From: Candidatus Saccharimonadota bacterium
GTDB lineage: Bacteria; Patescibacteriota; Saccharimonadia; Saccharimonadales; Saccharimonadaceae
Reading direction: 5' to 3'
NCBI RefSeq assembly: GCF_025273655.1
Contig: NZ_CP045921.1
Span: forward strand, 390,001 to 422,000
DNA: 32,000 bases
The position numbers and the translations under genes are program-made. The notes below the pieces were generated by a model. The model saw nothing but the letters and a program-made list of their open reading frames with translations. It searched no databases and had not been told where the DNA came from. Of the stretch, positions 23,102 to 31,604 are shown piece after piece (the first letter of the stretch is position 1; the number at the start of each line of letters is the position of its first letter).

Positions 23102-25952
23102 CGACAAACACACGTATAAACTTGGTGAACTTGTCTGCTATGCGCTCGATCACACTGCTACGCTCCCGTATGCCAGGCGTTTGCGTTAGTGTGCGCACAT
23201 AGTCGTCTTGCCTAGGTTTGCGTCCACTATACGAATAGTCCGCGATGAGCTTTTCTAGTCGTTCGGTGTCTAGCCCTTCTTCACTGGCAAGTTGCTCGAT
23301 CGCCCTCTTCTCTTCGGCGCTCCAATACTTCTGAAACTCAACGTCTACTTGCTCGCTGTCGGTGATGTCGGGGAGCCAGCCGCTTATGAACTTCTCGATC
23401 AGTTCACGTTTGCTACGGAGTTTTTCGTCGCCGCTCATCAGGTCATCGATCTGTTTGTGCAGCTTGGCTTTTTCGGTGTCGTCGGCATCGACGTACCTTG
23501 CAAGCAGGCGTAGTATGTAGTCGACATTTATCTCGTCGCGACGCACGAGCTCTAGCTCGAAATCTACTTCGTTGAGTATCGAATCTTTCTCCGCGTTGTC
23601 ACCTTTGGTCTCAAAATATAGGTCGAGATATTTGCTTTTGTAATCCTCGAATTGCTGTGCAGTCATAGCCGTGTCGTCGTAGCCGAAATCGGCAAAGCTT
23701 AGCAGTACATTGCGCGTACGCATGACTTCGCGAAACAGCTCTACGAAATGTCGCTTGGCTTCCTCGCCTACAAGCATATCTACGTCACCTAGGCTCGGTG
23801 TATATGCTAGGAGTGCTGTCACTTGGGCGTCAAACTCGTCCACGTACGTTTCGTACGATTTGAGGAATATCGTTTCGCTGGCGTCTTTGTCGCTAAACAA
23901 GCGCACAGCTTCGTCTGTTCGCTTCTTGAGATTGCGAAACACAACGATATTACCCTGTGATTTGACTTCGTTCAGTATGCGATTGGTGCGGCTATAGGCT
24001 TGTAGTAGTCCGTGGTAGCGTAGGTTCTTGTCAACGTAGAGTGTGTTGAGTGTCTTGCTGTCGAAGCCTGTCAGGAACATATTAACCACCAGTAGGATAT
24101 CGATTTCGCGTGACTTCACACGTTTGGCGATGTCTTTGTAGTAGTTGTAAAAGCTTTTGCTATCACGTGTTGTGTAATTGGTGCCAAACATAGTGTTGTA
24201 GTCGCCCATGGCACGTTCGAGTACGTCGCGCGAGTGTTCGTTTATCTGGGCGCTGCCTGCCATGTCGATATCAACTTCGTCGATCATGCCGTCGGCATCT
24301 TTGTCTTCTTCGTTGGCTTGGTAGCTGAAGATCGTCGCGATTTTGAGATTGTGACTACGCGCAGCAAACGCATCGTAGTATTTGCGTAGTACATCCGTCG
24401 AACCTACGCACATCATGGCGGTGAAATCGCGGTTATGCGTCTTGTAGTCGTGATTCGTGATGATATAGTCAGTGATTTTATCTACCCGTGCGTCGCCTTC
24501 CATAGCTTCGCGCGTATCGATAGCTTCTACGTCTATGTCGATATTTGTCTTGCTATCTTCGCGTTGTTTGAACCGCCCTACGTATTCCACGCTAAACTTC
24601 AGTACATTGCCGTCGTTGATTGCATCGGTAATGACATATTCGTGCAGGCACGCGCCGAACAAATCCGCCGTAGTGCGTTTGCCGAAGCGTGAATTAAAAG
24701 TCGCGTTCTCTGCTTTAATTGGTGTACCGGTGAAGCCAAACATCTGGTAATTTGTGAAGTATTCGGTGATATTGCGATGTGTCTCGCCGAACTGAGAGCG
24801 GTGGCACTCGTCGAAGATGAAGACGATTTTGTTGTCACGTACGGATTCCATTGCGCTGGCATGGCGCTCCCGTTTGATGGCATTGTCGAGCTTCTGTATG
24901 GTCGTGACGATGAGCTTGGTGTCGGGGTCGCTGAGCTGCTTCACGAGTGCTTGCGTATTATCGGTGCCGTCGACACTCCCCTCTTTGAAACTGTTGAACT
25001 CTTTGATCGTCTGGTAATCGAGGTCGTTGCGGTCGACGACGAACAGCACTTTGTCTACCGCCGGGTTTTCTGTCATGATCTGCGCCGCCTTGAAGCTGGT
25101 GAGCGTCTTGCCGCTACCCGTAGTGTGCCATATATAGCCGCCAGTGTTTGATCCGCTGTCGACCTTTTCGATGATGCGCTCTACTGCGTAGTATTGATAT
25201 GGGCGCAACACCATCAATACTTTGTCGGTTTCGTTGAGTACGATGTATTTGGTAATCATGCGCGAGACGTGGCATTTCTCCAGGAAATCACGAGCGAATT
25301 CGTCGATCTGACTGATACGCTTGTTTGCTTTATCCGTCCAGTAAAACGTCTGTTTGAAACTCGCCTTTTTGGTGCCGCCGTAACTCACGCTATTGGCATA
25401 GTATTTTGTGTCGACGCCGTTGCTAATGACGAAAAGCTGTACGTATTGGAATAGGCCGTTTGCGCTGGCGTAACTGTGGCGGCGATAGCGATTTATCTGG
25501 TTGAACGCTTCTTTGAGCTCGATACCACGGCGTTTGAGCTCGATTTGCACCAGTGGTAAGCCGTTAATCAGTAGCGTCACATCGTAGCGAGTGCTATACT
25601 CGCCGTCATTTACAATCTGTTGCGCCACTTGGTACTCGTTGTGGCACCATTTGGCCATGTTAATGAATTCTATATAGGCGCTAGTGCCGTCATCGCGCAC
25701 GAGGTGCATTTTGTCGCGCAGTAGCTTGGCGCGGTCAAACACGTTGCCTTTGTCTAGGTGGTTTACGACGCGTTTAAACTCCGCGTCGCTCAGTGGTGTA
25801 TCACCAAGCTTCTCGGCGTTGTGCTTTTCTAACTGGCACTTGAGGTTCGCGAGCAACTCGTCGTTGTCTGCGATGATGACGCGCTCATACCCCTGCTCCA
25901 CGAGTTGGGCTACAAGGTTGTTCTCGAGGGTTTGTTCAGATTGGGTTGTCAT
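23091..25952 (-). CDS. hsdR: Type I restriction enzyme R subunit (HsdR)
   Basis: N-terminal SEQTLENNLVAQLVEQGYERV, Walker A HTTGSGKT, DEAH-box FIFDECHRSQ, and helicase motifs throughout. Start set at ATG 25952 (MTTQSEQ...); the track's 26033 adds 27 aa that overlap the upstream ORF. Confidence 0.95.
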   Translation of the reverse strand: MTTQSEQTLENNLVAQLVEQGYERVIIADNDELLANLKCQLEKHNAEKLGDTPLSDAEFKRVVNHLDKGNVFDRAKLLRDKMHLVRDDGTSAYIEFINMAKWCHNEYQVAQQIVNDGEYSTRYDVTLLINGLPLVQIELKRRGIELKEAFNQINRYRRHSYASANGLFQYVQLFVISNGVDTKYYANSVSYGGTKKASFKQTFYWTDKANKRISQIDEFARDFLEKCHVSRMITKYIVLNETDKVLMVLRPYQYYAVERIIEKVDSGSNTGGYIWHTTGSGKTLTSFKAAQIMTENPAVDKVLFVVDRNDLDYQTIKEFNSFKEGSVDGTDNTQALVKQLSDPDTKLIVTTIQKLDNAIKRERHASAMESVRDNKIVFIFDECHRSQFGETHRNITEYFTNYQMFGFTGTPIKAENATFNSRFGKRTTADLFGACLHEYVITDAINDGNVLKFSVEYVGRFKQREDSKTNIDIDVEAIDTREAMEGDARVDKITDYIITNHDYKTHNRDFTAMMCVGSTDVLRKYYDAFAARSHNLKIATIFSYQANEEDKDADGMIDEVDIDMAGSAQINEHSRDVLERAMGDYNTMFGTNYTTRDSKSFYNYYKDIAKRVKSREIDILLVVNMFLTGFDSKTLNTLYVDKNLRYHGLLQAYSRTNRILNEVKSQGNIVVFRNLKKRTDEAVRLFSDKDASETIFLKSYETYVDEFDAQVTALLAYTPSLGDVDMLVGEEAKRHFVELFREVMRTRNVLLSFADFGYDDTAMTAQQFEDYKSKYLDLYFETKGDNAEKDSILNEVDFELELVRRDEINVDYILRLLARYVDADDTEKAKLHKQIDDLMSGDEKLRSKRELIEKFISGWLPDITDSEQVDVEFQKYWSAEEKRAIEQLASEEGLDTERLEKLIADYSYSGRKPRQDDYVRTLTQTPGIRERSSVIERIADKFTKFIRVFVDDV

Positions 25953-25957
25953 TGTTT

Positions 25958-26599
25958 TTATTTTATTCCAATAATCTTCTTCAATTTTGATCCTATGCTT
26001 GTGATGCTTATTCTCTGAAGATCCTCGAGACATTTTTCAGCATCATTTTTGTGTTTCACTGGAGTATATCCAAAATCGCCTTGTCGACTCATATAAAGCT
26101 TATCGAATATATCTAGCTTCTGATTATAGTTTTCGAGAACAGCCTCGGCATTTTCGGAGCCCGATTCGTCAATAGTGTTTTTCGTTATATCTGCAATCGC
26201 ACGCTGTTTATTGATTCGTATTTGTGCAACATCCTCACCGAAAGACTTATTGTTTTCCGTAATAGCTTCATCAAGTAACCTAGCGGTCTGATAGAAGTCC
26301 GTAACCGTCTCCCATTCGTCTTTGTCGAAGTCTGCGGAAAACATATGACTATATTTCGACCATGCATCCTCGCGTAATATGTTAAAGTTTAGGTTACTGA
26401 GACCGCCTTGACGCACGGCATCTTTTACCTTAGGAATGCACCTTTCGATATGCTGTATCTCTAAATAAATAGAGTTTGCAGCCGCTCTTTTGCTGTCTTT
26501 CTTTTGACGCGTATAGATATAGAGAGCAACCAGGCCTGCTATAAGGGTAACGACCGTTTGCAGAAAATTTGAATTTAAGAGTTCCCAGGCAGCTTCCAT
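25958..26599 (-). CDS. Hypothetical protein with a single N-terminal TM helix (213 aa)
   Basis: TM helix FLQTVVTLIAGLVALYIYT followed by a charged helical domain. Its ATG 26599 directly abuts the upstream TAG (26602..26600). Its stop lies 5 nt before the hsdR ATG. AT-rich (22 G+C of 60 in 26041-26100). Confidence 0.6.
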   Translation of the reverse strand: MEAAWELLNSNFLQTVVTLIAGLVALYIYTRQKKDSKRAAANSIYLEIQHIERCIPKVKDAVRQGGLSNLNFNILREDAWSKYSHMFSADFDKDEWETVTDFYQTARLLDEAITENNKSFGEDVAQIRINKQRAIADITKNTIDESGSENAEAVLENYNQKLDIFDKLYMSRQGDFGYTPVKHKNDAEKCLEDLQRISITSIGSKLKKIIGIK

Positions 26600-26902
26600 C
26601 TACTTAGCCTCTTTACTTCCTAATTCCGACAGCTTGTCAATCGTTTTAATATCAAGCTTATTAAGTACGTCTAGCATTGCAGACATAGATTCCACTTCAT
26701 CCTTGCTTGGTATCTTGCTGCTCTCTAGTGACCGTATCTTTTCTTGTTGTGCCTCGATCGTTACATATGCACGTTCTAATAGATCGCGCATTTTTTGTAT
26801 CTTTTTATCGCTATCACCTTCGCTAAAATCGACAGTTGTCTTCAATGAGCCAAGTAGCTCACTGATATTACCCGCATTATTGAGATTGTCATAATCGCTC
26901 AT
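26600..26902 (-). CDS. Small coiled-coil hypothetical protein (100 aa)
   Basis: AAGGA SD upstream of ATG 26902. Heptad-like E/K/L-rich sequence. Starts 16 nt after the hsdS stop. Confidence 0.55.
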   Translation of the reverse strand: MSDYDNLNNAGNISELLGSLKTTVDFSEGDSDKKIQKMRDLLERAYVTIEAQQEKIRSLESSKIPSKDEVESMSAMLDVLNKLDIKTIDKLSELGSKEAK

Positions 26903-26918
26903 TTCTATATTTTTCCTT

Positions 26919-28127
26919 TCATATAAACATCCTCTGCAAAAGTCCCTTCTTCCACTGCTTGGCGGCGGTGAGGCGGGTTTGTTCTGCTGCTATTTTATCA
27001 TCGAGCGCGATGAGGAGGGCGGCGATTTTTTGTTGTTCCTCTTTTGATTTTGGCAAAGTAAGCTCAATATTGAAAAAATCTGAAACGCCGATATTTAGCA
27101 GACCGTGATTTCTTGCGCCCTCTTGGGCTACTTTTTCAATTTCAGAATCTTGAAGCCCATATACGAAAACTTGCTCGAAAAAGTCATTATCATTTGAATC
27201 TTTTGCTCTAAAACAGATATATAAGGTCGATACGATTCCCTTGGTGTACAGGTTTAATTTTTTGATTGCACCCATCGGATATCCGGCTGAATAGCTTTTG
27301 TTGTATGCAAAGTCTCCCATGGTAAGCATGAAATAGTTTGTTACATTCTTTGCGGCAACAATCTTACTAAAGAAATCGGTCTGACTTATAAGTCCCTGCT
27401 GTGCAGAAATGGTAAGTACATTTTGATTGTTTTCTTTATTTTTGTCTGTAACTCGATCAAATAGATCTCCGAGTCGCTTTTTCTCCCACTCAGGATATGG
27501 ATTTCCGTTTTCGTCCCTGAAGCGAATAGCCTGGGTGAAGATTTTTTGCATGACACCTTTTTTATACTTCTGTAGCAGCTCAAGCTTTTTCTCGCCCGCC
27601 GCAATCCGCTCATCGACGAGTGTCAAAAATTCGGCAATTTTTTCCTGCTCTGGTTTTGAAGGGACGCTAAGTTTGGTTTTTTGAAACTCACCCTTACTAA
27701 TAATTGGAACAGCTTGCTCTCCGGCAAGCAAAGATATTCTTCTAGATAAGCGGCTCAATGCCAAATAAACAAAGTCGTCGTCAACATTATTATCATCTCC
27801 AATCACGGAATTGATTTGCTGATTGGTTGTGCACTCTATCGTAGCCTGGGCTGTTTTCCCAATCGTTGATCCTATACATACAAACAAAGTGCTACCTACT
27901 GGTATAGGTCTAGATTTTTCAAAGCCTTTCTGCGATAATTTTGTTCTTGTATTTGTTACATATCGTCCACTATTCATGTCAGCGGGGCTAATAAATAAAA
28001 ATTCATCACCGTACAGGCTCATATCTGCGGTACTCGGAGTGCTACCGGTAACTACTCGAGCAATATCGCCAAGCTTCTTTAACTGCCATTTATCAGTAAA
28101 CGCTGGAAAACGAAGTTGAGGAGTCAC
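26919..28127 (-). CDS. hsdS: Type I restriction-modification S subunit (HsdS), two target recognition domains
   Basis: LRFPAFTDKWQLKKLGDIARVVTGSTPS at the N-terminus. Two conserved spacer repeats, EQEKIAEFLTLVDERIAAGEKKLELLQKYKKGVMQKIF and EEQQKIAALLIALDDKIAAEQTRLTAAKQWKKGLLQRMF. GTG start 28127. Confidence 0.9.
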   Translation of the reverse strand: MTPQLRFPAFTDKWQLKKLGDIARVVTGSTPSTADMSLYGDEFLFISPADMNSGRYVTNTRTKLSQKGFEKSRPIPVGSTLFVCIGSTIGKTAQATIECTTNQQINSVIGDDNNVDDDFVYLALSRLSRRISLLAGEQAVPIISKGEFQKTKLSVPSKPEQEKIAEFLTLVDERIAAGEKKLELLQKYKKGVMQKIFTQAIRFRDENGNPYPEWEKKRLGDLFDRVTDKNKENNQNVLTISAQQGLISQTDFFSKIVAAKNVTNYFMLTMGDFAYNKSYSAGYPMGAIKKLNLYTKGIVSTLYICFRAKDSNDNDFFEQVFVYGLQDSEIEKVAQEGARNHGLLNIGVSDFFNIELTLPKSKEEQQKIAALLIALDDKIAAEQTRLTAAKQWKKGLLQRMFI

Positions 28128-28939
28128 TTCTGCGCCTCTTGAGCGAGTTTACTGTACCTCTTCTCGTTCTTCATCCAATTACTTCGATGTTTAATAGACT
28201 GCTTCGACTGCGTTAGCCTCCAAGAATCTTTGACCGGCTCATAACCCAGCGCAGCTAACAACTTGACTGCGTACTCTTCGTTCAGCGCAAGGCGCTTTTT
28301 GACCTCCGAAAGTCTCCACTCGCCCTTCTCGTCTAAAAATTCTCTCAACTGATACGGATAGCGTACTCCATTTTTCTCCTTCCAATTATGAACCAATTTT
28401 CTGAGACCTCTATAACGCCTGAATTGCCACACTCTAATCATCCCCCGGTAGCCTAGCATTCCGAGAGAAAGGCTGCTGTCTAGGAAGCCAATCAAGTCAA
28501 ACGTATCGCCTCCAAGTGCACCAAGACCGTCGGGAACTCTTACATAGACGTGATATGCACTACCTTTTACATATCCATCTTCAACAAGTTCACTAACTTC
28601 ACGAAAAGTCCAATCATAAGATAGAGGCATGTAGCCATCGAGAATTTTAATGCCCCCATCTAAATTGAGTCCGTATTTTATTCCGAAAGTTGAATGCCCG
28701 TCACTACCATGTTTTGACTCGGAGCTAAAGGGTACAAGTGAGAGATGTAGAGGAGTTGCTTCATTAATACTTTCGTAGCCCATTTTTTTCTCAGCAACCT
28801 CTTTTGTGCTTTGAATCTTCCGAAGAGCAAGCACGCGTATCGAGTCGCTGTCTTTCACGCTTTCTTCGAAGTCATACTTAATGATACGCCCAAGATTGTC
28901 CGTATCAGTGAGTCTCAACGATATTATAGCTTTTGTCAT
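28124..28939 (-). CDS. Hypothetical protein (271 aa) inserted between hsdM and hsdS
   Basis: ATG 28939 lies 4 nt after the hsdM stop. Its TGA overlaps the hsdS GTG (GTGA). No family recognised. The basic C-terminal half may be helical or wHTH-like. Confidence 0.6.
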   Translation of the reverse strand: MTKAIISLRLTDTDNLGRIIKYDFEESVKDSDSIRVLALRKIQSTKEVAEKKMGYESINEATPLHLSLVPFSSESKHGSDGHSTFGIKYGLNLDGGIKILDGYMPLSYDWTFREVSELVEDGYVKGSAYHVYVRVPDGLGALGGDTFDLIGFLDSSLSLGMLGYRGMIRVWQFRRYRGLRKLVHNWKEKNGVRYPYQLREFLDEKGEWRLSEVKKRLALNEEYAVKLLAALGYEPVKDSWRLTQSKQSIKHRSNWMKNEKRYSKLAQEAQK

Positions 28940-28943
28940 AGCA

Positions 28944-30488
28944 CTAAAACGGCGATCTAACGCCGAGCTCCTTGGTGAATTTGGCTATCTGCGCGTCAAG
29001 GTCTGAGGTTTTGGCGTCGACGACTCGCAGCTCTGATACGACAGTATCGAGGTCAATCTCTGCTTCTTCCTCGAATGTATCGACGTAGCGTGGGATGTTG
29101 AGATTATAATCGTTTTCTTTGATTTCCTCTACCGTCGCGACATGGCTGTATTTGTCTTCGCTCTTTCGCGCGGCGTATGTCTCGATAATCTTGTCGATGT
29201 CGCTCGAGCGAAGGCGGTTTTGGTTTTTGCCTTTTTCGAAATGCTTACTGGCGTCGATGAATAGCACGTCGTCTGCTATCTTGCATTTGCGGAACACTAA
29301 TATGCATGCTGGGATGCTGGTGCCGTAGAACAGATTTGCCGGCAGGCCGATGACGGCATCGAGATAGTTGCGCTCTATAAGCGCTTGGCGAATCACACCT
29401 TCTGCCGCGCCGCGAAACAGCACACCGTGTGGCATCACCACTGCCATAGTACCGCTGTCGCTGAGCTGGTAGACCATGTGTGAGATGAACGCGTAGTCTG
29501 CCTTGCTGCTGGGCGCGACCTTGCCCCATGGACTGAAGCGTTCGTCTTGTGCGTTGAGAGGGTCGCTGTCGCCCGCCCATTTGGCGCTAAAGGGTGGATT
29601 GGCGATGACGGCCTCGAACCTGTATTCAGTATGTCGCGGATCTTTGAGCGTATCGTCTTGTTTGATATCGAACCTATCAAAATGCACATCGTGCAAAATC
29701 ATATTCATACGAGCAAGATTGTACGTGGTATTGTTCATCTCTTGACCGAAATATTCGTCCACCTCAGCGTAGCGGCCGATACGCAGTAGTAGCGAACCCG
29801 AGCCACAGGCTGGGTCGTACACGCTTTTGAGCCGCTTCTTGCCATTCGTGACGATACGTGCGAGTACTTGGCTGACTTCTTGCGGCGTGTAGAATTCTCC
29901 AGCCTTTTTGCCTGCGCCGCTAGCGAACTGGCCGATGAGGTATTCGTAGGCGTCGCCGAGGATATCGATCTGGCTGTTGCCGAGCTGGAAATCGATCTTG
30001 TCGAGGTGTTTGAGCACCCTGGCGATCAGTTCAGCACGAGCGTTGACTGTCTTGCCGAGTTTGGTTGCGTTGAGATCAAGTTCCGAGAACAGCTTATCGA
30101 AATCTTCCTCGCTGTCGGTACCCATGGTGCTGCTTTCGATATTGGCGAGGATACGCTGCAAGTCTTCTATGTAATCGTCGAGTTGAGTGCGCTCGGCCAT
30201 CTTGCTGAAAAGCTCGCTCGGAAGCAGAAAATAGCCGAGATGATCAAGCGCGGCTTTGCGCACTTCGTCGATAATCTCGAAATCGGTGTCTGGCACGTCT
30301 TTGTATACGATATCCTCACTTGCAAGCAAGTCGGTATCTGCGTAGAGCTCCAGCTTTTCGGAGAGGTATTTGTAAAAGATGAAACCAAGAATGTAGTCAC
30401 GAAACTCATCGGCGTCCATCTTACCGCGGAGCTCGTTGGCAATGTTCCAGAGTGATGTTTGGAGTTGTTTTTTCTGATCTTCGGACAC
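28944..30488 (-). CDS. hsdM: Type I restriction-modification M subunit (HsdM, N6-adenine DNA methyltransferase)
   Basis: HsdM N-terminal LWNIANELRGKMDADEFRDYILGFIFYKYLSE, SAM motif VYDPACGSGSLL, and catalytic IANPPFS. GTG start 30488 with GAGAGGGA SD. Confidence 0.95.
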   Translation of the reverse strand: MSEDQKKQLQTSLWNIANELRGKMDADEFRDYILGFIFYKYLSEKLELYADTDLLASEDIVYKDVPDTDFEIIDEVRKAALDHLGYFLLPSELFSKMAERTQLDDYIEDLQRILANIESSTMGTDSEEDFDKLFSELDLNATKLGKTVNARAELIARVLKHLDKIDFQLGNSQIDILGDAYEYLIGQFASGAGKKAGEFYTPQEVSQVLARIVTNGKKRLKSVYDPACGSGSLLLRIGRYAEVDEYFGQEMNNTTYNLARMNMILHDVHFDRFDIKQDDTLKDPRHTEYRFEAVIANPPFSAKWAGDSDPLNAQDERFSPWGKVAPSSKADYAFISHMVYQLSDSGTMAVVMPHGVLFRGAAEGVIRQALIERNYLDAVIGLPANLFYGTSIPACILVFRKCKIADDVLFIDASKHFEKGKNQNRLRSSDIDKIIETYAARKSEDKYSHVATVEEIKENDYNLNIPRYVDTFEEEAEIDLDTVVSELRVVDAKTSDLDAQIAKFTKELGVRSPF

Positions 30489-30518
30489 TGACGGTTCCCT
30501 CTCTTTTGTACTAGCTTA

Positions 30519-30527
30519 ATTATAGCG
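30519..30527 (-). promoter_or_regulatory. Candidate -10 (CGCTATAAT) for the hsd operon
   Basis: Complement of 30519-30527 reads CGCTATAAT, about 30 nt upstream of GTG 30488. The -35 is weak (TGGCAA). It lies in the 84-nt gap after the 260-aa gene. Confidence 0.45.
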
Positions 30528-30572
30528 AGGTACTTGAGATTTTGCCAGTGAAGAGATTTTCACCCGTGAGAA

Positions 30573-31355
30573 CTACACGTCCATCCCGATATTGCGCATG
30601 GCGTGCTTCATGCTACGTAGCGTGAAGTATGCAAGGTCGAGATGGCGTTGTTCGGGTGAGAACTCACGATCAAACATTGCACGAGCTGCAGTATCGTCTG
30701 TAGATTCTAGCTGTTCGAGGTGTAGAGCTGCATCAGCGCGAAATTGCAGCGGCGTGGGTAGATTGAAAAAATCCATATTAATGTGATCGGAATCGTCATT
30801 TAGATCTGCGATAGTGATTGCGGTTGCTTCATCTTCGTCGTCTTGTGGCATGTTGGTGCATGTGGCAACAATCTCGTTGCCGCCCATGTCGAGATATTTC
30901 GCATTTTGACATACATGGAGCTTCTCGTCTTCGGTATCAATATGCACTTCTACTGATTGGATGGCATTGACAGGTTCGGCTTGTTCGAGCGGGTTTGTAT
31001 ACGCACCGTAGACATACCGGGCTAGGTGTTCGGGCAATGCTACGTTGTCTAGTGCGCTAGTGGCGCAGAAGTTGTAAGTGACCATGGAGAAATCTGCACT
31101 TGGATACTCGCGAGTTGCCATAAAACCGTATTGTGTCGTGAGTGCGCTTGATAGCATTGAAGATTCACCGCGTTGGCGTAAATAGCTGTCTTCTCGAACT
31201 GGATCGGTATGAGTGAGCTCGACGGACCACTCACCGACTTTACGCTCACGAAATCCACGGTGGACTCGTGCAAGTCGATTGAGTTCTAAGAGCAGCGCGT
31301 CTGTAGTGTAGTTGGCGCGGCCGGCGGCGATGCGTTCATGAATAGATGGCTTCAT
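30573..31355 (-). CDS. Acidic hypothetical protein (260 aa)
   Basis: Long ORF with no family recognised. GAGAG lies 5 nt upstream of ATG 31355. Confidence 0.6.
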   Translation of the reverse strand: MKPSIHERIAAGRANYTTDALLLELNRLARVHRGFRERKVGEWSVELTHTDPVREDSYLRQRGESSMLSSALTTQYGFMATREYPSADFSMVTYNFCATSALDNVALPEHLARYVYGAYTNPLEQAEPVNAIQSVEVHIDTEDEKLHVCQNAKYLDMGGNEIVATCTNMPQDDEDEATAITIADLNDDSDHINMDFFNLPTPLQFRADAALHLEQLESTDDTAARAMFDREFSPEQRHLDLAYFTLRSMKHAMRNIGMDV

Positions 31356-31403
31356 AGTGCTCTCAATGTACTACGGCAAAGGTAGAAAGAAAAGCATAAG
31401 GGG

Positions 31404-31565
31404 GCAAAAGCCCGGCCTCGCTTTGCTCGTAGATTCACCAAGAATAACACCCGTCGCGGGGATGAGTGTTATTCTCGGTGACTTACCGGTCCAGCGCAAG
31501 ATGGTATAGCTATTCTAGCTTTACCATCGACTAACTATTGTCAAATCAAAGATTATGACAATAGT
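31404..31565. other. Cluster of stable hairpins in an ORF-free spacer (possible structured RNA; strand undetermined)
   Basis: Four helices are visible. First, 31404-31411/31420-31426. Second, 31436-31450/31466-31480, which is 15 bp with 1 mismatch. Third, 31501-31506/31522-31527 with an inner 31508-31512/31516-31520. Fourth, 31534-31543/31556-31565, which is 10 bp. Confidence 0.25.
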
Positions 31566-31604
31566 CGAACCCTCCGGCGTTCGATTCCGGCGAATGAATT
31601 CGCT

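Noticed and set aside
25953-26033. 27-aa N-terminal extension of HsdR (track start 26033)
   Set aside because: It would overlap the 213-aa ORF by 76 nt. The conserved HsdR N-terminus (SEQTLENNLVAQLVEQGY) begins right after the internal ATG at 25952. There is no SD at either site, so 26033 cannot be fully excluded.
26919-28127. Possibility of a phase-variable hsdS shufflon
   Set aside because: There is only one hsdS copy. I saw no inverted hsdS' fragments, no recombinase and no long inverted repeats in the window. The internal repeat is the normal conserved-region duplication of HsdS.
29868-30455. 195-aa plus-strand ORF inside hsdM, along with other short antisense ORFs in hsdM, hsdR and hsdS
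   Set aside because: They lie entirely within strongly supported hsd coding sequence on the other strand and carry no independent signals.
31574-31590. tRNA-like T-loop sequence CCGGCGTTCGATTCCGG on the plus strand (possible second tRNA, tmRNA end or att remnant)
   Set aside because: The stem only forms with a 9-nt loop. No acceptor, D or anticodon arms can be built around it, and there is no CCA. It is in the opposite orientation to tRNA-Glu, so it is not a simple att duplication. I keep it only as a note.
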